The notes: generated by a model not told the origin, from the sequence alone. A stretch of DNA of 64,000 nt from Lama glama (GCA_028534125.1 CM052817.1:17982001-18046000); one strand, 5' to 3'. Shown: positions 27,299 through 40,089, counted from the stretch's first letter. Made by a program: numbers and translations.

Positions 27299-27361
27299 GA
27301 TGTGAAGTTGACAGCAAGCAATGATGATTATTATTTTGTATTTGAAGATTATTTATATCAG
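27299..27361 (+). CDS. TBC1D19: TBC1D19 internal coding exon (63 nt, phase 0-0): DVKLTASNDDYYFVFEDYLYQ
   Basis: ttatag acceptor and CAG|gtaagt donor; matches recalled protein. Confidence 0.96.
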
Positions 27362-28479
27362 GTAAGTTGAAAAATTAAAATGTATAGTTCTTGTTTTAAA
27401 TTCTCTAACTCAAGATACTTTAGAAAATACCTGTGTTGTTAACTAAATCCTCCTGAAGTCCAAGCCATGTTTATTATCAAACTAAATGTTCTGAGTCTGG
27501 GATAAGGTTAACTTTTGTTCTTATGTGGGACTAGGTGGAAGAATAAGAGCTACATGTCTTCTCCGGCCAGGAGAGGTAGAGGCACAGATTCTTAAATTCA
27601 GCACCAGATTCATGTTTAAGCCATCCCAAGATGTTTAGAGAAAGCATTTTACTGATACTTTTCTATTAAAGGTATTGAATAAATAATTAAATGTCTTGAA
27701 ATCAGTTTGGAGTGTTATGATTCAAGCGTTTTGACTCTTTGATCATTTTCATATGCTGATATTGTAGATGTTTAGATTTACCTAGATCTTTTTCATATCT
27801 ACTAAAATAGAAACATCTTATCACAAATAGGAAATATGCAGTTTATGTAGAATTGCCTAAATGATATCCTCTTTTAAAAGATCACACATAGATAGATAGA
27901 TAGATTAATAATTTGATTTTGAGTGAATATCAATATGTGTTGTGGAGGAAATGTCTAGATTCCACATGGTAACTCCTGCTTGATTAAATGTAAATCAGTT
28001 CCAGCTGTTTGGATTAGCAGGTTTCTGATTGGTAATAGTGGCGGTAATTATGCATCTGTTTCAGAAAAAAAGAGTTAAATGAGAATCTCTCAAGCAGGTT
28101 TAATTAATCATACATTCCAAGAACTGAAGTCCAAAGACTTTATAAAATTTATTTGTAAAATTAAAGTTTGGAATAACCCTGGAAACAATGTTAAGGAAAT
28201 TTCCAGTGATTTCAAATATACCATTAATTTTTTTATTTTAAAAAATAGTAAAGATTAAAAATCCCATTCTTTAGTATAGTTATTAATTAAAAGTTGGAAA
28301 ATACAAAAATCTTAAAGTTTATTTCTTTATGTAGGTAATATGTAGCCTGGTACTTTGCTTAGTACTCAGTAAAATTTTGAATGTACAATAAAGTTAATTC
28401 TTTATTTATATAGTTTCTGTACTTAACTATATTGAGTGGAAATTATCACTTTTGGAATAGTAACATAGGGAGGCCCACA

Positions 28480-28900
28480 GAACCATTCCTAGTAGAAAAA
28501 TCATAACTGGTGAAAATTATTTTTAAAAAAATTTAAACTATCTGGAAACTGTTTTAAGGTCATACATGAAGTCAGCAAATTAAAAAAAAATATTATTCAA
28601 GAAAAGCTACTGAATCTCAGTAAGAACAGTCTGTAGCCCTGAAACCATGATGCACTTTCTCCCCCCATGGCCCCCAGATCAGCATGATGGGAGCTTCAGT
28701 CCAGCTTGAGTGTGGCCAGGAAGAAGGGGTTCCCTTTCCCTGTAACTTCTAGTCAAGGGCTACAGTATCTCTGTAGGAGGGGCAGGTGGCCAGTATTTCT
28801 CATGCTCTTCAGCTCTGTGTTACAGATACTAAATTGCGGGAGAATGCTGCCAAGAAGTCAAGGGCTCCCTGCTTCCACTCATAGGGCAGACTTCTGTTGA
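28480..28900 (+). mobile_element. Probable old L1M 5'-region fragment
   Basis: Resembles L1M4-type 5' sequence (tattcaagaaaagctactgaatctcagtaagaacag). Confidence 0.45.
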
Positions 28901-28909
28901 GAGCAGGAT

Positions 28910-29330
28910 TGAGTAACCTCCATACCGTTTTCCATAGTGGTTGTACCAACTTGCATTCCCACCAGCAGTGCACTAGAGTTCCCTTTCTCCATACCCTTGC
29001 CAACACTTGTGTTTTGGGGGAGGGGGGTGCTGGTCTTTTTGATGGTAGCCATTTGAACAGGTATAAGGTGATAACATATTGTGGTTTTGATTTGCATTTC
29101 CCTGATGATTAGTGATGTTGAGTATCTTTTCACATACCTGTTGGCCATTTGTATGTCTTCTTTGGAAAAACTTCTATTCAGTTCCTTTGCCCATTTTTTC
29201 AGTTGGGTTGTTTGTTTTTTCCTATTGGATTGTATGAATTCTTAATATATTTTGTATATTAACCCCTTATCAGATATGTGATTTGTAAATATTTTCTCCC
29301 ATTCTGTAGGTTGCCTTTGCACGTTATTCC
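28910..29330 (-). mobile_element. L1 ORF2 C-terminal fragment
   Basis: Minus-strand ORFs [23 protein letters not shown] and [22 protein letters not shown]. Confidence 0.92.
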
Positions 29331-29407
29331 TATTGTGTGTTTGCGTGCACCCGCATGTGTGTTTATGTATGACATAAGAAGAAGAAAGCCTTTTGTCACT
29401 AATTATA

Positions 29408-29907
29408 NNNNNNNNNNNNNNNNNNNNNNNNNNNNNNNNNNNNNNNNNNNNNNNNNNNNNNNNNNNNNNNNNNNNNNNNNNNNNNNNNNNNNNNNNNNNN
29501 NNNNNNNNNNNNNNNNNNNNNNNNNNNNNNNNNNNNNNNNNNNNNNNNNNNNNNNNNNNNNNNNNNNNNNNNNNNNNNNNNNNNNNNNNNNNNNNNNNNN
29601 NNNNNNNNNNNNNNNNNNNNNNNNNNNNNNNNNNNNNNNNNNNNNNNNNNNNNNNNNNNNNNNNNNNNNNNNNNNNNNNNNNNNNNNNNNNNNNNNNNNN
29701 NNNNNNNNNNNNNNNNNNNNNNNNNNNNNNNNNNNNNNNNNNNNNNNNNNNNNNNNNNNNNNNNNNNNNNNNNNNNNNNNNNNNNNNNNNNNNNNNNNNN
29801 NNNNNNNNNNNNNNNNNNNNNNNNNNNNNNNNNNNNNNNNNNNNNNNNNNNNNNNNNNNNNNNNNNNNNNNNNNNNNNNNNNNNNNNNNNNNNNNNNNNN
29901 NNNNNNN
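29408..29907. other. Assembly gap (500 N)
   Basis: Run of N. Confidence 1.
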
Positions 29908-30944
29908 ATAGCTGAAGACGCAGAAGCTCAGAGTCCAAACTCATAGCTACCACGACCCAGGCTAGGTCTTTTCAATTTCAAAGCCCTGTAAGCCACATTG
30001 CCCTTTGATATAGGAAAATTAAATCAGGGCAGAGTGTTTCAAAAAGTCATTCTTGAAAATTTATCATTTGAAAATTCTCCAGATTAGTTTGGATGAAAAT
30101 GCAAGCACCACAAATTTAAAAATTTAGTTCTAAGTTAAAGTGATTGTCCAATTGAGACCTATTGTGTCTTTTGTACTTTTTATTACATAAATAACATTTC
30201 TCAGAAACATTCATTATATATTTTCAAAAGACTAAAGAAATTCTAGGCCCCAGTGACTCTTGCAGTTGTGTGTAGAAATGTTGGGGACAGTTCTGCTGTA
30301 TAAACTGTAGTTCAGAGTTACACGTCCAGCTTACACTTACAGCTTTTCTAAATAAAGTAAATCATTACCATGTATAACCTAATCCTCATAAAGTTCAGTT
30401 TTTACTTAATTAGTGAGTAATCAAAGTTAAATTTTCTAGTTAATTTGATTGAACTTGTCATCTTCATGTAATTACATTCTAGCAAATTTACAATTGAATT
30501 ATCACGTCATTATAGATACTAAATTGGAATCTCAGAAGTTAAAACAGCAGTGCAGGTTACACTGGGGGTTGGCAGCTCATTGCTTGCATGCTAGGGTTGC
30601 ACACCAGTAGGTAATGCGTAACATCCCACCTCTGGCATTACCACGCTACAGTCACTAACACTGTCCCAAGAGCAGCCTCAAGTATCTTGTCTTCTGTAGG
30701 ACAATGGGGACTTGAGGGGTATATATTTAAACACAGAGCTTCTCCTGACGTTACCATATTCCCACCAGCTTCTAAGGGAAAGTTAATATAAACATTTCTT
30801 TAGGAATCATTGTCCCTCTAGGCAACGGTAGAAAGATATTTGTAAGTATATTTTTCTCTTGCATTATTTTACTTGAAAAGTATTAGTTTATTAGTTGTAT
30901 TTGTTATTATATTAATTATATAAATTTATTTGTTATATTAATGG

Positions 30945-31250
30945 TACTAGTTTATTGTTTCTGCTGTAACAATTAACACAAATTTAGTGGCTAAAAACAA
31001 ATGTATTCTCTTACAGTTCTGTTTGAAGATTGGATGTCTTTTGAAATGGGTTTTAGTGGGCGAAAATCAAGCTGTTGTCAGGGCTGTGTTCCTTCTGGAG
31101 AAGAGTAAATTCCCTTCCTTTTCCAGCTTTCAGAGCACCTGCACTCCTTGGCTCATGGCCCCTTTCTCCGTCTTCAAAGCCAGCAGACAGCATCTTCAAG
31201 TCTCTCTCATTCTGATTCTGCTGCCTCTCTCTTTCATTTATAAGGATATT
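30945..31250 (-). mobile_element. MaLR LTR fragment (MLT1C/D-like)
   Basis: ctgctgtaacaattaacacaaatttagtggct...ccttggctcatggcccctttctccgtcttcaaagccagca. Confidence 0.8.
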
Positions 31251-31685
31251 CATATATGTGTGAAATGATGCAATAAAGGCTATCATTTTGGCATTGTTAG
31301 AAATAGCATACAGTTGAAAATCGTTTAAATATTCATTTATAGCAGACTAAGCCATTAAATAAATCATGGTATATATAGCCCTTAAAATGTAACCCTTAAA
31401 ATGAAGCAACTCTTTGTAAAGCAACAGTATATTCATATATACTGGTATAAAAAGATCTCTAATTTCATTGTTAAGTTTAAAAAAATCGGATACTGAACGT
31501 TGTATACGATGTCTGCCCATTTGACCTGAAAATACTGTTGTCATAGTCACCAGTAACAATCCGGTGGCCCATGCTCAAGCCTCCTAACTGATGTCTCAGC
31601 AGCATTTGACCTAGGTGTACCCTTTCTGCACTGGGCTTTCAAGACACACACTCTTTTTGGTTCTTTTTTTACTTTACCAGTTAAC

Positions 31686-32015
31686 AGAGGCAAATCCAAC
31701 ATTTGGGGTACCTAAGGCTTCTACAATTTTGAGAGCTCTCTTTAAGAACAAGAGTATAATATTATAAATCTTTAAGAAAATATAATATTATAAATACCAA
31801 ATCAGGTAAGAACATGTATAATTGTTAGAATAACAATTTATTAGAATCATAAGAGATTTAGGTCCCTTTCTGAGATGTTATTAGGCAGTTTACTAGAAAT
31901 GCATACATAGAGACTCTCCTTACCTACGTCTCCCTGCAGTTCCCAGCACTGAGAGGGACCCATGCTAGTGAAGGGTACTGAAGCGCCTTCATTAGCATCA
32001 TGGGAAACCCCCTCT
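31686..32015. mobile_element. hAT (Tip100-group-like) MITE nested in L2
   Basis: cagaggcaaatcc start and cttcattagcatcatgggaaaccccctct end form imperfect inverted termini. Confidence 0.5.
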
Positions 32016-32530
32016 CTTGTTTACTCCTCAGTCTCCAAAATTGGTTCCTTCTCTTCTCTCTTATATCTTAATGTTAGAGTGTCCCAGATCTCAGTTCTTG
32101 GTTTTCTTTCTCTGGTTAGACTCACTCATTTGAAGATTTCACCAAGCTCACCTATCTTGTGGATTTCATTATCCTCTATATGTTGATAACTTCCAAATTC
32201 ATATCTTCAGTCCAAACCTCCCTCCTGTACTCCAGACTAGTATCTCCAACTACCTATTCAACATCCCCATTTAGTTATTTTGCAGATATCTCAAATTTAG
32301 CAAGTTGAAAACTGAACCTCTGCTCTTACTCCCCAAATTGTTTCACTCAACTTTTCCTGTCTCAGTAGATGGTGACTCCATCTTTCCACTCACTCAGATC
32401 ATGCATCCTTCCAGTTGGCATCATCTTTGATTCCTTTCTCTCACACACACCATCCAATCTGTTAGTAAATCCTTTTGGCCCGGTCTTTACATTGTATTTA
32501 AAATTTGACCACTTCCCTCCATTGTCATCA

Positions 32531-32987
32531 TGCTGCAAGTTGGGTTCTGCGGCAAGGAGACTCAGGTGGAAATGAGCATGCCAAAGACTGATTAGGGAGC
32601 GCTGGTGGGCTCAACAGCTATAGCAGGCAGTGAGTGAAGCGGGACTGAGCAGGGGGAGAAGTCTAGCCATGGTGGTTTGAGTGGAAGCCTCAGCTGCTGC
32701 TGCAGAGAGTTCTGATGAGGAGATAAATCCTCAGGTCTGTCCAGAGGCTGGGGTAAGAGGTGCAGACCTTTCTCCCGTGCATCTCGTCAGTTGTCATTGG
32801 ATGTAGGTCATTCCAGGGAAAGGGCATAATCCTTGAGGAAAATAGCTTTCTTCGGCAGAGGCCTTCCCTAAAAGGAGCTGCCTGCCATGGGCAGCTGAGA
32901 GTTGTCTGCTGCAGCACCGCGAGCAGCTGCAATAGGTCCTTTATTCCTGAAGAGGGATCTGGGTGACACAGCCCAGTGGCCAACACA
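32531..32987 (-). mobile_element. ERVL solo LTR (LTR16-like) nested in L2
   Basis: tgctgcaagttgggttct...attagggagcgct...gggactgagcagggggagaagt pattern; about 450 bp with tg...ca ends. Confidence 0.75.
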
Positions 32988-33984
32988 TACAGCTACCATC
33001 TGAGTCCCAGCCACTGTCACTAGTCTTCCACAGGGCCTCCCTGCTTCTGCCCTTGCCCCCCCCCACAGCCAGTTCTCTTCACAGTGGCTAGAGTGATCCT
33101 GAGAAAATAAGTCAGATCGTTTCACTCCTCTGCTGAAGCCCCTACAGCAGAACTCCATTTCACTCCCAGTGAAAGCCAGTATCCTGACAATGGCCCACAA
33201 TGCCCTGTATAATTTAACCTCTCTCACATTTCTCTTCCCACTCATCTGCTCCAGCCGCACCTGTTTCCATGCTGTTCCCCCGACACATCAGGCATACTCC
33301 TGCCCTGGCACCTTTGTGATCGTTGGCTCTTCCACCCAGAAGATATCCCCCAGATATGTATATGTTAACTTCCTCAAGTCCTTTCAAGTCTTTGATCAGA
33401 TGTTACCATCTCAACAAAGCCTAATATGACCATTCTCTTTACAATGGCAATCATCCTTCCCCATTTCCCCTTTGCTTTGGTTCCATAGCACTCACCCTCT
33501 AATGTATTGTATAATGTAATTATTTATAATGCTTTCCGTTTATTACCCCTACCGTAATTAAGCTCCATAAGGTAGGATTTTTTGTTTGTTTGTCTGTTTC
33601 CTTCATTGTATCCCAGGCACCAAACAGCTAGAACAGAGCCTGATACATAGTAGAAACAGAAGGAAACAATTAGTGAACTGATGGAAAAATCTGAGGAGGT
33701 CATCCAGAATGGTGCACAGAGGGATGGAAGCAACTAAGAGCTGTGGCAGGTTGAATAAGTGTCAGTCAATCTTAGGTCTCACAGGGGTCAGGCAGAAGTG
33801 ACTAGAGAATGCGAAAGAGGCCTCATTCACAAAGGTGATAGCTGAGATTTTCCCAGAAATGAAGATAAACAGAATTTCAAATTGAAGAAACATGGTAGTC
33901 TTAAGTCATAGAAAAAAAAACCCCAAATTAAATATATTTGGGGGGAAAACTATTGAATATAGAATAAAATTAAAGTCACAGTAG

Positions 33985-34215
33985 TAGTAGTAGTAATTAC
34001 AGCTAACATTGTAATAATATTCATCATATACTAGGCACTGTTCTAAGCTATTTATGAATATTAATTAATCCCTACAATAGATTTTGATGTAGGTATTATT
34101 ATTGTATACATGTTACATAGAGGAAACTGAGATACCAAGAAGTCCGGTAACTTGCCCAATGTTACACAGCCAGTAAGTGGTGGGGCTAGAGTTTGAACTC
34201 CAGCAGTCTAGTTTC
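33985..34215 (-). mobile_element. MIR SINE
   Basis: gaggaaactgagataccaagaagtccggtaacttgcccaatgttacacagccagtaagtgg. Confidence 0.85.
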
Positions 34216-34254
34216 AAAATAAATTCAGGTAGGTTAATGATTTTACCACAAAAT

Positions 34255-34665
34255 GAAACTATTAAAAATGCTAGACAGGATGCACTAGATTATATGGTGG
34301 CAACATGCAAATCCAAAATCTCAGTGGCTTGAAACAACAAAGGTCTGTTTCTTGCTCATGGTCATGTCCATCCCAGATAGAATGGGGACCTAGCTCTGTG
34401 TCATCCTGACTCCGGAACCCAAGCTGATAGTGGATCCCTGTCTGGAACACTGACGGTTTCCATGCAAAGGGAAAGAGGGAACAATGTTAACTACTGTGGT
34501 TCTTGGAGCTTTCATTTGGAAACTTTCAAGCGATACGTATCTATTTCATTGAGTAAAGAGCAAATCCTGTGACCACACCTAACACCAAAGTGGCCAAAAA
34601 GGTAAGCTGACATATGTTCCCACAGAGGAAGAACCAGAAACAGTTGATGAAAAACACCAATGACT
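34255..34665 (-). mobile_element. Old MaLR LTR (MLT1I/J/K-like)
   Basis: caaaatctcagtggcttgaaacaacaaaggtctgtttcttgctcatg. Confidence 0.65.
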
Positions 34666-34679
34666 TTCAGAATTTAGGT

Positions 34680-35525
34680 GAATATGTATAGAATATTATA
34701 AATGTGGGAAGGGACTTTCTAAGCATGAAAGTATTGGTAATTTGATCACATAAATGTTAAAAAAAATCTATGTCAAAAATAATTAACAAGTTATTGAGCA
34801 AAGCCATTTATAACATATAATTAGACCAAAGGTTAGACTCCTGAATATATAAAAATTTAAACAAATCAATAATTTTAAAAACATCCATTGTAAAATGGAC
34901 TAAGATGATGAACTGGAAAATAACAAAAAAATGCAAATGGAAGAGTAATCTTCTTCATTAGTAATTAAAGCAAGATGCCCTTTTTTACCTAGAAGATGGT
35001 AATAAACCGTTTTGATGAGAATAAGAGAAAATGTGCACTAACTGCCATCTGTGTTAAAAACAAAAACAAAACCTTTCCAGAAGGCAATTTGGCAATAGTA
35101 TCAAAAGTTTTAGATTTAAAATGCCCATCGCTTTGACCAGACAGCTAGTCCAGTTTTAGAAATTTAAATCAAGTTATACATAAATATTTAGCTATAAGGG
35201 AGCTTACTCAACATTGTTTATAGCTGGGGAAAAGTGGAAATAATCAAATGTTCAACAAAAGACATGGTAAGTGATTGTTCATGCACATAGCAGAATATTC
35301 TATAGCATTAAAAAATGTGGGAGAGAAAATATAGAACAGTATGCATAATCCTGTTTTGCTTGAAAAATTTTTATGTGTATGTATAAGAACAGTCTGAAAG
35401 GGTATACATCAAAATATTAACACTGGAGGGATTGTGTGTGTTTTTTCTCCTTTTTTGAAGATCTGTATTTCTAATTTTTATCATAAACATGTATTGCTTG
35501 CATAGTCTTTTAAAATGTAAAAATA
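34680..35525 (+). mobile_element. Old L1ME 3' fragment
   Basis: Decayed ORF2-end and 3' UTR motifs (acctttccagaaggcaatttggcaata; caacattgtttatagc). Confidence 0.6.
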
Positions 35526-36341
35526 AATCAGTGGCAGTGGTTGGTACACATGTCACCATTGGGACTGGCTGATACCCAGTCTCGATATCTAGCCTTTCTC
35601 TAAAGCTGAGCCCCTTTCTTAAGTCTTGGACCCACGGTTCCCCTCTCCATTCACACTGCTGCTAGTCCAGCCCAGACTTTGTGCCCCTGTTCTGTTAACT
35701 GGGCTTCTGCCTTTTTCTGTTACTGTCAGACTCTGTTCTCAGTAACATCTTTTGAATCCCAGGCCTTCTAATACCAGGACCCAGATTTCCTTCACTAATG
35801 ACCTTCCTGGGGATTGGCCCCCTGCTCCTAAATTCCAGGCTGGTGTCAACAGTCCAGTGCCTCCTAATGGACACCTTTGATTTTGACTTTCTGCCCTACC
35901 TATTTTCAACTCCAGGTGGAGTTGTCGCATTCTACCTGCTGGTCAGGACAACCAGCTTCCAACCTGTTTTGGGCTGCTGCTTGTTCTACTGCTGCTAATT
36001 CCTCTTAGATGCCATGAGTTGCCGTCCCTCCCACCCTGACGTGCTCAGCTGCCAGCAGCTGCATCCCAGCAACGAGCCTAGTTCCGCTGTCCTCCACTCC
36101 CCCAGTTGCTCCATGCCACTGTAGTTACCTCGGGTCCCCCCTCTACATTTCTTGCCTTATTAAATTTCTCCCAGCTGGTTCTCTTTTCCAGCTTAAAAAC
36201 ACACTGAAAAAAATCAGCTGGTAGTTAATAACTTGTATTTTGTGCTGCTGTTCGAGGTTTAGGTGACTAACAGTGAGGAATCTTTGGATGAGCTTTGGCC
36301 ATCGCATTTGGTATCTACTGTTAACACGTACCGCAGGTGTA

Positions 36342-36357
36342 CCAACAGAGGGCGCTG
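36342..36357 (+). promoter_or_regulatory. Candidate CTCF binding site
   Basis: CCAACAGAGGGCGCTG versus core consensus CCA[CG][CT]AG[AG][GT]GGC[GA]C: one mismatch; CpG retained. Confidence 0.6.
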
Positions 36358-36480
36358 TTCCCATTGAGAGGCACAGGACTTGAAAGATTCTACCTCGGTG
36401 CCTCCCAAGCAGAAGCAGCAATGAATTACGTGTTATAAGACAGTGCTTAATGGTTTGTTTTTTTCCAATGTTGTACCCAG

Positions 36481-36565
36481 GTATTACTTTGCTTTTCTCG
36501 AGATACGTCTGTGTTGGGTCACTTTGCGTACAGCAGTGCTTCGCCACCGAAATCGTACATACGAG
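36481..36565 (+). CDS. TBC1D19: TBC1D19 internal coding exon (85 nt): VLLCFSRDTSVLGHFAYSSASPPKSYIR(G)
   Basis: cccag acceptor and GAG|gtacaa (weak) donor; phase 0 in and phase 1 out, consistent with both neighbours. Confidence 0.94.
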
Positions 36566-37639
36566 GTACAATTTTAGTAACGTAAAGGAAGTATTCTTTA
36601 ACACTTACTTAATCATGCCAAGACTGTTTGTTTTATAGCATATATCAGTATTGTCAAAACTGTTGTTGTAAATTATGTAATAAGATTTCTCTCAGGTTAT
36701 GGTAACCATCCTTTCACTCCCACTTAAGTCAGTGCCCAAGCAACTTACCACAAATCACAGGAAAGTGATTCCCAAAACAGCATGTAAAGTTACCTTCTTT
36801 ATCCTTCCTGTTTGCTCTCTCCTCTGTTGCTGTTATTGCCGTATCTGTTGACTATTTCCCCTTCTGACTGTGAGTGTCGCTTGAATTTGCTTTTCCTACT
36901 TTTTTTTGCCATCTTTATTCCTTATCTCAAAATATTATACCACATGTAAAAGCTTGATACAATTTATATGCTATTGGCTCTCTAATTTCTATTTTAATGC
37001 TTCTACTCTTTATCACTAACTGCTACAAAATAATACTATTTCAGGATCCTACAGTCACCTGACAGTTGAACTGACTTCACCTAGAAGCCTCTCCCTGATT
37101 TCTCCTTTGTATAAAATAGTGAACAACCAGCACTGCAAGCGTATAAGCGTATTGTGTATGGTGGTTCTGCTGTGCCCGTAAAGAAAGAAGCTGTTGTCCT
37201 GTACCTCCTAAGTCTGCTGTCTGCATGATCGCTGCAGCCCCTGCCCTAAGACAGGCCTGCATTGCCTGGTGCTGGGACCGGGCTCCCCACAGCCTGGGGG
37301 TCCTCCCAGTCCCGTTGCTTCTACATGGAACTGATAGAAACATTTGGCTTGCTTGTTTGTTTCTTTAACATCACGTGCTGAAACACTTACTGTAGAACTT
37401 AATTATCTAATGGAGTCACCTCTAAATTCAGCCAAGATTGTAAGGCTTTCTGTCAGTTGATCCTGTCTTAAACTAGCTGATTTTGATTCCCGGTTTATTC
37501 CATATTACAGCAGATTCATTCTAATTTCCATATATTCACTATGTGTCAGGAGTCACACTCCTCCACCCTCAAAATCATAGGTCCTTGAAGAACTAGCCTA
37601 TATCTCACCGTATCAGAAAAACTCAGAGTATTTCCTTCT

Positions 37640-37885
37640 ATACAGGGAAAAACCCAGTTCTCTCCTACTGTGTTTCTCTCCTGTGTGTTTATTTTACCAC
37701 TCAGACAAAACACTTCACTTCTGACACCTGTGGTCACAACTCTGTAGAAGTTTTCCCCACAGCAACAGGCAAGTTTTGACACTAGCTGGGTACCCTACAA
37801 TTTAACTGAATTCTGATATCTGAGATAGTGTCGGTCCCACAGGGTAAGGACTCAGTCCCACAAGACTGCCCTCTCTCTCTCTCAT

Positions 37886-37931
<46 letters not shown>

Positions 37932-38365
37932 ATACTCTTCAGACACCGGTCACAAACCCAGGTTATCACCTGTGCTTCTGACCAACCAGCTATAGATTGA
38001 AGGTTCCAATAACCCTCTCCTTGAGTTTGGTTAATTTGCTAGAGTGGCCCACTGAACTCAGGGTAACACATACTTACCCTTGCCAGTGTATTAAAAGCCG
38101 TGATAAAGGAGACAGATGAGCAGCCAGATGAAGAGTTGCAATGCGTCATCCTCCCAGCTTTGACGTGTTTGCCCACCTGGAAGCTCTTGAACCCCCTACT
38201 ATTAGGATTTTATGGCGTCTTCCTCACACAGGCATGATCCATTATTAAACTCCATTTCCAGCCCCTCTCCCTCCTCTGGAGGATGGGGAGTGGGTCTGAA
38301 AATTCCAAGCTTCTAATCATGTCTTGGTCTTTCTGGTAACCAGCCTCCATCCAGGAGCCCATTCA
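37640..38365 (-). mobile_element. ERV LTR (MER21/MER39-like) containing a microsatellite
   Basis: ctcagtcccacaagactgccc; ctgaccaaccagctata; ttaatttgctagagtggcccactgaactcagg motifs. Confidence 0.7.
37871..37928 (+). repeat. (CT)6 then (CA)21 microsatellite
   Basis: Direct reading. Confidence 0.95.
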
Positions 38366-39232
38366 GAGTCAGCCATCCATCCATCCACCGATTCTCTCCT
38401 TATTCACGAGATCAACCCCTGCTGTCTCCACCCTAACCTAAGCTGCTCATGCAGTTCTTTGTCTCCTCTCTGCCACCATTCCCAATCAGAAATACAACAA
38501 AAAAATTTTTAATTAAAAAATCTTACCTTAAAGCCAAGTGCAAAAACGTATGTGACTTTTTGGTAGACTCACAGTGTTAGAAAACTGTTAAGATAAAAGC
38601 TACCTAAAGATTTTCAGTGGAAAGTGGGGAAAAATTCAGACCTTTAAAAGATTGGAGGAAAAACTGTTAAAAACTCCTTTAAACATTTAATGATTGTGAA
38701 TATACTTTATTTTTTTAGACAATTCTGATTTCAAATATTTAGCCTCATTCTCGGACTTTATCAACTGTTTAGGGATTTAGAATATATTACCATCATACAG
38801 TTAAAGACATTTAATTTTAACTTTTCAGCACATTCCATAAAAATATAAACTAATGAGGCATTGCAAAGCTTGGGACTTACTTTAATGAATAGACTTATTT
38901 ATAATTAGCACAACCATTCTATGTTTATAAATAGATGCTGTTCTTAAGTGATTAAGATCTAGAAAATGTTTGTTCTTTTAATTATTTTGTATCACTTCTA
39001 CTTAAGTTTATATTATTGACTTTAATTGATGAAAGGATTTGCTAATATCAAAAGATTAGCTGGCATGTTTTCAGATTAATTCCATATCATAAAATAAAAT
39101 GAAAGGAGATTGTACTGTAGTCAATTTTTAAATTCCTTTAATTATTAGTACATTCACAAAATTAATTTTCGAAGTTTTTTTTTTTTCCTATTTTGTTTAA
39201 TCACATTGAAACTCTATGGTTTTCTCTCACAG

Positions 39233-39277
39233 GAAAACTAGGACTAGAAGAATATGCTGTCTTTTATCCACCAAATG
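39233..39277 (+). CDS. TBC1D19: TBC1D19 internal coding exon (45 nt, phase 1-1): (G)KLGLEEYAVFYPPN(G)
   Basis: ctctcacag acceptor and ATG|gtaaga donor; matches recalled protein. Confidence 0.95.
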
Positions 39278-39869
39278 GTAAGAGTAATGCTATTGCTTCC
39301 TCTAGTGGGAAATAGGGAAAACTGCAACTTTTATAATAGGAATTTGACTTTCTCACTCACTGTCTTTAAGTGGATAATAATTTATCATCTTAAATAAACC
39401 TTCTATAGAATAGCCATTCTAATTAATTCTCCCATGTTTGTCGTAGGTTTGTGTTAAACTATGTATACCCTTTCTGTATTTTCTTGAGACCAGTAGTAGC
39501 ATTTAGAGGAAGCTGAGTAGGCTTAGGTGCTTAGTTTTCCTCTGAAGGACTCTCACTGGTCCATCCCGGGCCTGCCTTTTGGCTTTATTGGAGCAGTGCT
39601 GTAATGAGCGGATCGCCTTGCGTTGCACTTTATTGTTCTCATCATTTGACAACTGTGGTATTTATAAATGAAAAGATTTGAAGAAATATATCACCAAAAT
39701 AGTGTGTTTTGATTAAAATTATCAAATGTATAGTGACCTCCTTAGGGATTAAATATTTCTTTGAGATTATTAGACAGTTTTTAAGATATGCTTCTTGGAA
39801 AAGCAATATATAGCAGTCCTTATTATGATAATATTAAGTTGCATCCTGAAGAAATTATTTTACTCCCGT

Positions 39870-40075
39870 AGAGTTAAGAACATGGGCTTTGTAACCCTGC
39901 AGACATGGGTTCAGAGCCCAGTTCTGCCAGTTCACCCTGTGACCTTGGGCAAGTTATGCATCTTCGCTGAACTTCAGATTCTCCGTCTGTAACATGTGGG
40001 TAACAGATGAAAGGAGACACTGTATGAAACAGCATGGTACCTGACAGGTAGTGAGTGCTCAAGAAATGCAGCTGT
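39870..40075 (+). mobile_element. MIR SINE
   Basis: ctgtgaccttgggcaagttatgcatcttcgctgaacttcagattctccgtctgtaac. Confidence 0.85.
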
Positions 40076-40089
40076 TACAAGTTGTGTTT

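Larger units (their letters stand above)
31550..33660 (+). mobile_element. L2 LINE (about 2 kb span) carrying two nested insertions
   Basis: ccagactagtatctccaactacctattcaacatcccc; agtcagatcgtttcactcctctgct; tgtatcccaggcacc...gcctgatacatagtag 3' end. Confidence 0.8.

Noticed and set aside
29278..29953. Long ORFs of 172-222 aa
   Set aside because: They run through the second 500-N gap
36143..36604. 153-aa antisense ORF overlapping a TBC1D19 exon
   Set aside because: No recognisable protein features; explained by the stop-poor, GC-richer local composition
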